DNA from: Pyrinomonadaceae bacterium
GTDB lineage: Bacteria > Acidobacteriota > Blastocatellia > Pyrinomonadales > Pyrinomonadaceae
Direction: 5' to 3'
DNA length: 64,000 nt
Assembly: GCA_035283645.1 (NCBI GenBank)
Contig: DATETN010000037.1
Span: 40,085-104,084, forward strand
Position 1 is the first letter of the stretch. The number at the start of each line of letters is the position of its first letter. Shown in pieces: positions 46,310 to 54,251 of the stretch. The translations under genes were made by a program, and so were the position numbers. Below the pieces are notes generated by a model, which was not told the origin of the DNA, ran no database searches, and saw nothing but the letters and a program-made list of their open reading frames with translations.

Positions 46310-46409
46310 GCGGGGGCAGCGCGCAAAAGAGATGGAGCTGTTCCGTTGAGATTGAAAGCGCGCGCCCCCTTCCTGACTTGCGAACTAAATCATGTTGAGT
46401 ACTAAAGAT
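46310..46409. repeat. family E unit (reverse), exact 100-bp duplicate of 45458-45557
   Basis: Base-by-base comparison shows identity over 100 nt. Confidence 0.95.
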
Positions 46410-46765
46410 AAGGTTTACACGGGCTGGGCTAGAAACTTCTCAATTACCTCCCTGGGCCAGTGGCGGTGATTAAAGGCTTCGCGAAGCGTGGCGCACTGTA
46501 CTTGGAAAATGTCCTCTATCGATAGCGGACGGAGCGGAACACGTCTCGGGGCGGTCCTTGGTTGGCGTTGCGAAACAGGATTATTAGCAGACGATTTTGA
46601 AACTACGGTTAACATTCTGGCACTCCAATCTTTCAGTCAAAATTCTAAGGGCAACTATTGCCCTCGGCTCGAATTCGCTTTTCAAGCCGCGTGCCGTCTT
46701 GAAAATTGGGCAGGAAATGAGGGTTCAGTGCTAATTGAATGGTTAGAATGACTGATTCGGTCTGA

Positions 46766-47127
46766 ATGACAGGAACGATCCACGAAGTGAAATGGGCCAC
46801 AGATCAACGCGGATGAAAAGGATCTGAAAAACCAGCCGCCCTCCACTTTTAGAATCCGTCATCCTGCGAAACAGCAAATGACAAATGGAAAATGAGAAAT
46901 GAGAAATGGAAAATCTTCAGATCCTTTTCATCCGCGTGAATCTGCGGCCACTTTCGTCTCTTTCTTTTTCGTGCCGTTTCGTGTGACTTCGTGGATCGTA
47001 ACGCCCTTCTTCAAATGCCAAATGGAAAATGAGAAATGGAAAATGATCCGATCGTTTTCATCCGCGTTAATCTGTGGCCACTTTCCTCTCTTCTTTTTCG
47101 TGCCTTTTCGTGTGAATTCCTGGATCG
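46766..47127. repeat. mosaic repeat cluster with two tandem ~125-bp composite units
   Basis: AAATGACAAATGGAAAATGAGAAATG..GGAAAAT + CTTCAGATCC + TTTTCATCCGCGTGAATCTGCGGCC + ..TTCGTGCCGTTTCGTGTGACTTCGTGGATCG occurs twice. Confidence 0.85.
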
Positions 47128-47481
47128 CTCTTGCCATTGTCTGAGGGTGCATTTCACCAGCAAGAGAGCGAAAGTTCGCACCTTTCCTCAACTGATCTGG
47201 CGCCCCTCCTTGCTCCCGAATCCCTCCTCCCTGAAAAGCCAGAATTTCAGAATGATCTGAGGCCTTGAGGCAGGCCAAGTGCCAAAAAGCCGAGGCTTGT
47301 AAGACTGATTTGAGTGGCACGGTTTGTGCCCCTTCAAATTTGAAAATACCTGTGAGTTCGAGCATGCCTGCCTGAAGGAGAGTTCACCTGAAGACGGTCG
47401 AGTCGCGATTTCTTGTTTGAAACTGAAGTTCCGCGAGTGCGGGCGAGGACCGAAGAACAAGGAAGGTGAGGAAGAAAAGAT

Positions 47482-47581
47482 GCGGGCGGGGACGCCCGCG
47501 TTCCGAAAAAGAAGAGGCGGGCGGGGACCGAAGAAAGAGAAGGCAAGGAAGAAAAGAGGCGGGCAGGGATGCCCGCGTTCC
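47482..47581. repeat. three GC-hairpin copies (GCGGGCGGGGACGCCCGC type) within 100 bp
   Basis: GCGGGCGGGGACGCCCGCGTTCC at 47482-47504, a partial copy near 47517, GGCGGGCAGGGATGCCCGCGTTCC at ~47559-47581. Confidence 0.8.
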
Positions 47582-47598
47582 CAAGAAAGGAGTTCTTA

Positions 47599-48798
47599 AT
47601 GCTTAAAGAAGTCTTACCAAAATCCAAGGTTATGGCTCTAATGGCCATCGCCTTATTGGCAGCAATGTCTGTGAACGTCAATGCTCAGACCACTGCCAGA
47701 AGAACAACAACCAGCGCTGCTCAGAGGGCCACGCGCTTAACTGGCACTTACCGGCTCAATCCCCTAATCGGAGATAACATCCAGCAGGCTGCCGAACGCT
47801 ATACGCAAAGTCTCCCCACTAACCAGAGACAAACTGCCTTTGATGATTTGGTCGGGATGCTTGAGTCTGCCGAGATGTTGGCAATCGAACGACGCGGGAA
47901 CAACATTTCCCTCGCTTCCTCAACTTCTCCGCGTCTCGCATTTATTGCCGATGGTGTAACGCGAACCGAACGAACACCTGATGGCACATCAGCACGTGTG
48001 CGGGCATCACTAGTTGGCGACCAATTGGTGATCTATCACTCGGGAGCTGGCGGTAATGAATCCACAGTCACCTTTGACTTGATCGATGCCGCAGGCAGGT
48101 TGAGTGTTACGAGACGCATCTACAGCAACCAGATCAATCAAAGAGTCATGGTCCAGAGTCTATATGACCGTACTTCGGACCTGGCACGTTGGGAAATCTA
48201 CAGTGCACCAGAAACAACTGCGACTGCTACCACCGTACCGGCGGGGCAAACCACTGTGTCCGATACCTTCATCGTGCCCGATGGCACTTCAATGGTTGGT
48301 GTGCTGAATGAAGCACTATCAACAAAACAGAGTCGGAATAATGATCGTTTCACTCTGACGGTTAACGAGCCTTCACGTTATGCCGGCGCCACAATCGAAG
48401 GTTACGTCACTAACGTAAAACGAAGCGGCAAAATCACTGGACGCTCTGAGATGACCTTCAATTTCGATCGGATACGCCTGGCGAACGGCCGTGTCTATAA
48501 CTTCTCAGGAATCGTCGAGAACCTGCGGACCGTCGACGGCGAGAATGTCCGGGTGGATAACGAGGGTGCGATAAAAGAGAGCGAGAGCCGCACTACAACT
48601 ACCGGAAAGCGTGCTGCAGTGGGAACTGCTATCGGCGCGATCATTGGAGCTATTGCCGGTGGAGGCAAAGGCGCGGCGATCGGAGCAATCGTTGGTGCGG
48701 GTGCCGGAGCGGGAAGCGTCTATATTCAGGGTAGCGATGACCTTGATTTAGAACAAGGCACCGAAGTAACCCTGCGTGCAACGGCTCCGAGACAGTGA
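47599..48798 (+). CDS. secreted protein with a C-terminal glycine-zipper segment
   Basis: AAGGAG RBS before the ATG at 47599; signal peptide; GTAIGAIIGAIAGGGKGAAIGAIVGAGAGAGSV. Confidence 0.7.
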   Translation: MLKEVLPKSKVMALMAIALLAAMSVNVNAQTTARRTTTSAAQRATRLTGTYRLNPLIGDNIQQAAERYTQSLPTNQRQTAFDDLVGMLESAEMLAIERRGNNISLASSTSPRLAFIADGVTRTERTPDGTSARVRASLVGDQLVIYHSGAGGNESTVTFDLIDAAGRLSVTRRIYSNQINQRVMVQSLYDRTSDLARWEIYSAPETTATATTVPAGQTTVSDTFIVPDGTSMVGVLNEALSTKQSRNNDRFTLTVNEPSRYAGATIEGYVTNVKRSGKITGRSEMTFNFDRIRLANGRVYNFSGIVENLRTVDGENVRVDNEGAIKESESRTTTTGKRAAVGTAIGAIIGAIAGGGKGAAIGAIVGAGAGAGSVYIQGSDDLDLEQGTEVTLRATAPRQ

Positions 48799-48829
48799 TG
48801 AACTCACTGCAAACGGATAGGAGAGAGTC

Positions 48830-49669
48830 ATGGATATGAATCTGATTCTGCAAAACATCACAAACGTAGCTTTGCGTGTGGGTTTCATGGTTCTTGCAGC
48901 GCTCGTAATCTGGGTGGTTGGGCGTTGGCTCATTCGCCTGGCTGTGAACCTCGTCTCCAAGGCAATGGCGAAAAGGCTTATTGAACCAACCATCATCAGT
49001 TATGTTGGGTCCATCGTAACGGTTATGCTCAACATTTTGCTGGTGGTGGCAATCCTTGGAGTCTTTGGAGTAGAGACCACGACCATTGCGGCCTTGATTG
49101 CCGGCGCAGGCGTGGCCATTGGTTTAGCCTGGAGCGGCTTACTTGCGAACTTTGCGGCAGGCGCTTTTCTCTTAATTCTGCGTCCTTTCAAGGTCGGTGA
49201 TTTCATCACCGCAGGCGGAGTTACGGGGACGGTGCATGAAATAGGACTCTTCGTCACCACCATCAACACGATGGACAACGTTCGAACCTTTGTTGGCAAC
49301 AACAAAGTCTTCTCCGACAACATCCAGAACTTCACGGCGAATCCGTATCGCCGTGTGGATCTGCAAGCGCAGCTTGATCACACTGTCGATGTTGGACATG
49401 CGATAGAAGTTCTGAGAGAGAGGATCGAGCGGATCCCGAATGTCCTGGCAACTCCGAAACCTGATCTGGAGGTACTAACATTCACGCCAATGGGTCCAGT
49501 GCTTGCGGTGAGACCGTATTGTCACAACGACCATTACTGGCAGGTGTATTTCGAAACGAATCGAGTGATTCGTGAGGCGTTTGGCGAGGCGGGATTCCCG
49601 GCTCCCGAGCATCACTTCTATCTGAGGAATGCTCCGGCTGCCCAGCCGTTTACTGCTCGAGCGATGTAA
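48830..49669 (+). CDS. small-conductance mechanosensitive channel (MscS family)
   Basis: GLAWSGLLANFAAGAFLLILRPFKVGDFI..GTVHEIGLFVTTINTMDN. Confidence 0.9.
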   Translation: MDMNLILQNITNVALRVGFMVLAALVIWVVGRWLIRLAVNLVSKAMAKRLIEPTIISYVGSIVTVMLNILLVVAILGVFGVETTTIAALIAGAGVAIGLAWSGLLANFAAGAFLLILRPFKVGDFITAGGVTGTVHEIGLFVTTINTMDNVRTFVGNNKVFSDNIQNFTANPYRRVDLQAQLDHTVDVGHAIEVLRERIERIPNVLATPKPDLEVLTFTPMGPVLAVRPYCHNDHYWQVYFETNRVIREAFGEAGFPAPEHHFYLRNAPAAQPFTARAM

Positions 49670-49683
49670 GAGGAAGAGCCAGA

Positions 49684-50116
49684 GCCACAGATGGAACAGA
49701 TGAAACGGATCTGAGAGAAAGGCAGATAGGAAAAGCGATCCACGAAGTCACACAAAACGGCACGAAAAAGAAAGAGAGGAATGTGGCCGCGGATTGACGC
49801 GGATGAAAGGGATCTGAAGATTTTCCATTTGTCATTTGAAGAAGGGCGTTACAATCCACGAAGTCACACGAAACGGCACGAAAAAGAAAGAGAAAATGGG
49901 CCGCAGATTCACGCGGATGAAAAGGATTCCGAAAGAGAGAACAGATAGAAGAGGATCCGTAAGAGAACTGCCACTCGGGTTTCTTCAAATCCTGTTCATC
50001 CGCGTTAATCTGCGGCCCATTTTCTCTATCTCTTTCTCTTTCGTGCCGTTTCGTGTGAATTCGTGGATCGTTGAGAAATGAGAAATGGAAACCCTTCAGA
50101 TCCTTCGCAACTGTGT
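49684..50116. repeat. mosaic repeat cluster (reverse then forward modules)
   Basis: GCCACAGATGGAACAGATGAAACGGATCTGAG, CGATCCACGAAGTCACACAAAACGGCACGAA, GGCCGCGGATTGACGCGGATGAAAGG, ..., TTCGTGCCGTTTCGTGTGAATTCGTGGATCG. Confidence 0.85.
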
Positions 50117-51235
50117 TTATCCGTGGCTTCCTCTTGCTGGATCAATTAGAGCTTTTAAGACTTCACCGGAGGAGACCGCCGCGAGGGCCTCGTTGGCTTC
50201 TGCCAATCCAAAACTCGCAAGCCGTGGTTGCAGTTCTTCCCAGGGTTTACAGAGACGAGCGTCGGAAATGATCTCTACCGCGCTGTGGAAGTGGGAGTAG
50301 TCCGATCCCCAACAGCCGCGAACCTCTAGATGCTTCTTGTTTAGATCGAGATGTGGGTTGAACTTCACCTCTGAAGATACTGGTCCATGATCCGTGTATT
50401 GCCCAACGATTACCACTCGACCCGCATCCCGCGTGTAACGCATCGACTTAACCACAGCATCAGGATCACCCGTAGCTTCAATGGTTATATCCGGCAACCT
50501 GTCCCCGTTCTGTGACCTCAACCACTCAACTGTTTCGCCTTCATTGTGCTCCTGAAAATTCAAAACGGCGCTGGCGCCGAGTCCCAGCGCGGCATCCAGA
50601 CGAGAGTTTGGTGCGCCAATGCAAAGAACTCGAAGCGCGCCACGCATTAGCGAGAGAATTATCGTGTTAAGTCCCACGGGCCCCGAGCCCAGGACCAATA
50701 CGGTGTCACCTATTTTGATGTCCGCACGTTCAGTGGCATGTAGCGCAGTTGGCAGTGCACACCCACCGGCCATAAAGAGCGCAGGTTCAGTATCGAGACG
50801 GATGCAGCGAGTACCTGGTTTGATATAGATCTGCTCGGCCCAACCACCGGATGGTCCATCCTCTGCGCCATAAGTAATCCCATAAACCTTTCGTGCGGGA
50901 CAGCGAGTCGAGGCTTTCGCCACCAGGCAGTACCAGCAGGCATTGCAGGTGCGATGCACGTCGAGAAAGGTAACGCGGTCGCCCTCTCTAAACCGCCGGC
51001 CGTTGACGTCGAATAGTTCGCCGCGAATCCTCTCCAGACGTCCCACTGTGACGTGACCGGGAACCAGTGGATACGGCACCCCATCGAGTAACCCTCTCTG
51101 GAGATATACGTCGGTGCCGCAGACTTCTGAGAGTTCTACTGAGAGTAACGCTGAGTTCGGTTCGAGCTCAGGGGACGGGACTTCACGAAGCTCAACGCGA
51201 GTGTTGGGGGAGGGTATTACGGCTGCTAAGGGCAT
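50117..51235 (-). CDS. zinc-dependent alcohol dehydrogenase family (MDR) oxidoreductase
   Basis: SEVCGTDVY, GHVTVG, structural-zinc Cys cluster CNACWYCLVAKASTRC, GSGPVGL; start moved to the MPLAAV.. ATG at 51235. Confidence 0.9.
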   Translation of the reverse strand: MPLAAVIPSPNTRVELREVPSPELEPNSALLSVELSEVCGTDVYLQRGLLDGVPYPLVPGHVTVGRLERIRGELFDVNGRRFREGDRVTFLDVHRTCNACWYCLVAKASTRCPARKVYGITYGAEDGPSGGWAEQIYIKPGTRCIRLDTEPALFMAGGCALPTALHATERADIKIGDTVLVLGSGPVGLNTIILSLMRGALRVLCIGAPNSRLDAALGLGASAVLNFQEHNEGETVEWLRSQNGDRLPDITIEATGDPDAVVKSMRYTRDAGRVVIVGQYTDHGPVSSEVKFNPHLDLNKKHLEVRGCWGSDYSHFHSAVEIISDARLCKPWEELQPRLASFGLAEANEALAAVSSGEVLKALIDPARGSHG

Positions 51236-51570
51236 CGCGAGCCACAGATAACACGGATGGAACGGATCTGTAAAAGGGGAGGACCTTCCATATGTCATTT
51301 TTAGGCTCAAACTCATTCCGCGGCTGGAGTTGAATTGTGCTGCTGGAGTTGATGATGGGAAGAGTTGAGAGCTAAATAAGAGACAGAAAGCGGGCGCCCC
51401 CTTTCTGACTTGCAATTTTACAAAAGGTGCGTGGGATTCGGCCTGCCCTCGATTTTAGTCGCATTATTGCGCCAGCACGCCTAAACTATGCCCCAAAGAA
51501 CAGACTCAAAGGGCGCGCTCCGAGGAAGGGCTACCCATAACTTCCAAGGGCGCTTAACAAGGTCGGGACC

Positions 51571-54249
51571 ATGCCATTGCATCGCAACAGTCGCCTAGGT
51601 CGCTATCTGATTCAGGGATTAATCGGAAAAGGTGGCATGGGAGAGGTGTACCTCGCCGAAGACTCCAATCTCAAGCGACCAGTCGCAATCAAATTGCTTC
51701 CTGCCGAACTGATCGAAGCCCCCCTCAGACTAAAACGTTTCGAACGTGAAGCCCATTCAGCTTCCAGTTTGAACCATCCCAATATCCTTACCATCTACGA
51801 GATTGGCGAAATCGACGGACAACGATTCATAGCCTCTGAATATGTGGAAGGTGAGAACCTGCGGCAGCGCATGACGCGAGAGCGCATGAGCTTAAAGGAG
51901 GTCTTGCACACAATTATTCAAGTAGCCTCAGCATTGGCCGCAGCGGAGCGCGCAGGGATTGTGCATCGCGACATCAAGCCTGAAAACATCATGCTGCGCA
52001 AAGATGGCTATGTGAAAGTCCTGGATTTTGGATTGGCAAAGCTGGTCAGTAAAACACCGGACGATCGCTGGAAGGGTATTGCTGCTGAAGCTAAAACTAT
52101 CACGATGACAGATACGGCTCCGGGAATCGTCCTGGGCACGGTGTCCTACATGTCTCCGGAGCAGGCGCGAGGGAGAGACGTTGACGCGCGCAGCGATATT
52201 TGGAGTCTTGGCGTGGTCCTTTACGAAATGCTCTCGGGGAACATGCCATTCGCCGGAGAGACGTCGAACGATGTCATTGCCGCGATTCTCAAAACAGAAC
52301 CTCCACCGTTGCCACACCTGTCACCCGACCTCGACCCGGACTTGAATGACATTGTCACGAGGATGTTGAGCAAAGAGCAGGAGAAACGCTATCAGAGTTG
52401 CTATGAACTGCTTACTGATCTGGAGGCGCTCAAGCAGAAACTGGAGTCCTCATCAAAAGGGGAATGGCCAGTTGTACCGGGCTTGGATCGAGACGTCGGG
52501 ACCGTCAGGCGGGAAGTCGTTCATTCAGAGCCTGCCCCTGAACATTTAACAACAGGCGCCTCGACTTCCCCACCGTTCTCGCGCAGTGGTTACCTGTCGC
52601 GAATCAAACGATATAGGTTAACAGCTACCCTCGTCCTGATCGTGCTCGCCATAGTCCTGGTCGCGGGAGCTTACTTTTATTCTCCTGTTGCCCGTTCGGA
52701 AAAGATAGCTTCGGTTGCAGTGCTGCCGTTTGTGAATGAGAGCGGTGACGAGAAATTGGATTACCTTGCTGACGGCTTGAGTGAGTACGTTAGGGATCGC
52801 CTCTCCGAACTGCCTCAGTTGAAGGTCACCGCGCGGAGCTCAAGTTTTAGGTATAAGAGCCCGAATCCGGATCCACACGAGGTTGGAGGCGCCCTAGGAG
52901 TACAAGCACTAGTGTTAGGGCGCGTGTTGCAACAGGGTGACAACTTGCACGTTAGAGTGGAACTGGTGAATGCGCGCGATAAAACGCAGATGTGGGGCGA
53001 ACAGTACACCGTTAGCACCGGCGACATTCAAAGAATGCAGACCGACATCACTCGCAAAATATCCGACAAGCTGCGACCGGAATTGAGCAGTGAAGAGCAG
53101 AAGCGTGCCACGACGAACTTCACTGACGATCGACAGGCCTATCATCTATATCTTGAAGGCCGCTTCTACTCGAATAAGCTCACGGAAGCCGACCTGAAGA
53201 AGAGCATCGAATATTTCAACCAGGCCATCGCTAAGGATCCAAATTACGCTCTCGCCTATGCCGGGATGGCTAATTCATATCTCGTTCTAGGCGCTAACCA
53301 CCAATCGCCTCAAGAGACCTATCCAAAAGCCAAGTTGTTCTCGGAGAAGGCTCTCAAGATTGATCCGACGCTTGCCGAAGCCCACTACGCAATGGCCGCC
53401 ACCAATTACTATTACGATTGGAATTTTCCTGAGGCTGAGAAGGAGTTGACGCGCACGCAGGAGCTTAATCCAAATTACGCTCCCGCCTACATCCTTCGCA
53501 GCAATATTCGTTTGGTAAAAGGCCAAGCAAACGAGGCCATTGGTGAGATAAGAAAGGCACTTGAGCTAGACCCATTTTCCTTACTCTTCAACAATAAATT
53601 GTCCTCTGCGTATTACTTTGCCCGAGACTACAAACGTTCCCTGGACCAGCTGAAGAAAACGCTTGAGCTCGAACCCAATGCGTCATTCCTTCATAGCGAT
53701 ATCGGCGTGGTGTACGCGCAATTGGGCATGTTTGAGGAAGCTTTGGCCGAGTGCCAGAAAGGAATAATTCTGCAGGAGGAGAGTCCTGGCGCGCTGGCTT
53801 CGCTCGGCTTGACCTACGCGCTGTGGGGTAAGAGGAAAGAGGCCTTGTGGGTTATAGAAACGCTAAATAAAGTCGCTGAGAAACGGTATGTGCAGCCGTA
53901 TTTCATTGCGTCGCTCTATGCGGCACTGGGCGATTCCGAGAAAGCGATGGATTGGCTGGAGAAGGCGAGCAGCGAACGCGCCTTTGTTATTTACCTTGGG
54001 ATTGATCCGATTTTCGATAAGTACCGCTCGCACCCTCGTTACAAGGCAATTATCGAACGGTTACAACTCGGGAGGACGATCCACGAAACCGCACGAAATA
54101 ACACTAAGGAAATCAGGGAAAAACGATCCACGAAATTACACGAAATGACACTAATGAAGTTTGGTGGTTCCCAGCAGCTCCGTGGTGTCTGCTTGCAGCT
54201 CAATCATTCGTGTTGTTTAGTGTGCCTTCGTGGATCGCTGGAGGAGTGA
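51571..54249 (+). CDS. Ser/Thr protein kinase with TM segment and C-terminal TPR domain; last ~60 codons are repeat-derived
   Basis: GKGGMGEVYLAED, VAIKLL, HRDIKPENIML, DFGLAK, SPEQARG; many TPR units. Confidence 0.9.
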   Translation: MPLHRNSRLGRYLIQGLIGKGGMGEVYLAEDSNLKRPVAIKLLPAELIEAPLRLKRFEREAHSASSLNHPNILTIYEIGEIDGQRFIASEYVEGENLRQRMTRERMSLKEVLHTIIQVASALAAAERAGIVHRDIKPENIMLRKDGYVKVLDFGLAKLVSKTPDDRWKGIAAEAKTITMTDTAPGIVLGTVSYMSPEQARGRDVDARSDIWSLGVVLYEMLSGNMPFAGETSNDVIAAILKTEPPPLPHLSPDLDPDLNDIVTRMLSKEQEKRYQSCYELLTDLEALKQKLESSSKGEWPVVPGLDRDVGTVRREVVHSEPAPEHLTTGASTSPPFSRSGYLSRIKRYRLTATLVLIVLAIVLVAGAYFYSPVARSEKIASVAVLPFVNESGDEKLDYLADGLSEYVRDRLSELPQLKVTARSSSFRYKSPNPDPHEVGGALGVQALVLGRVLQQGDNLHVRVELVNARDKTQMWGEQYTVSTGDIQRMQTDITRKISDKLRPELSSEEQKRATTNFTDDRQAYHLYLEGRFYSNKLTEADLKKSIEYFNQAIAKDPNYALAYAGMANSYLVLGANHQSPQETYPKAKLFSEKALKIDPTLAEAHYAMAATNYYYDWNFPEAEKELTRTQELNPNYAPAYILRSNIRLVKGQANEAIGEIRKALELDPFSLLFNNKLSSAYYFARDYKRSLDQLKKTLELEPNASFLHSDIGVVYAQLGMFEEALAECQKGIILQEESPGALASLGLTYALWGKRKEALWVIETLNKVAEKRYVQPYFIASLYAALGDSEKAMDWLEKASSERAFVIYLGIDPIFDKYRSHPRYKAIIERLQLGRTIHETARNNTKEIREKRSTKLHEMTLMKFGGSQQLRGVCLQLNHSCCLVCLRGSLEE
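54077..54237. repeat. three copies of the main repeat module inside the 3' end of the kinase ORF (two reverse, one forward)
   Basis: CGATCCACGAAACCGCACGAAATAACACTAAGG, CGATCCACGAAATTACACGAAATGACACTAATG, CATTCGTGTTGTTTAGTGTGCCTTCGTGGATCG. Confidence 0.85.
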
Positions 54250-54251
54250 TC

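Noticed and set aside
43632-46409. Family E units as integron attC sites (a cassette array or CALIN with small-ORF cassettes)
   Set aside because: The unit ends show GTT... at the 5' side and ...CAAC at the 3' side on both strands. This is the opposite of the attC order (RYYYAAC ... GTTRRRY). Units occur in both orientations and back-to-back without cassettes, and no intI-type integrase is nearby. The idea is kept only as a remote alternative.
43561-46409. Prophage or integrated phage, suggested by the ORF6N gene
   Set aside because: There are no capsid, tail, terminase, replication or lysis genes and no integrase. The region is mostly non-coding repeats.
46415-46751. Overlapping ORFs 46415..46615 (-) and 46488..46751 (+) just after the second 100-bp repeat
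   Set aside because: Neither has an RBS or recognisable motifs, and they exclude each other. One of them may be a gene fragment, but this cannot be decided from sequence alone.
51236-51415. N-terminal 60-codon extension of the alcohol dehydrogenase ORF (MQVRKGAPAF...)
   Set aside because: The extension reads through a degenerate family E unit and other repeat modules. The QVRKGARA peptide recurs in unrelated ORFs. The dehydrogenase fold begins at MPLAAVIPS (ATG at 51235).
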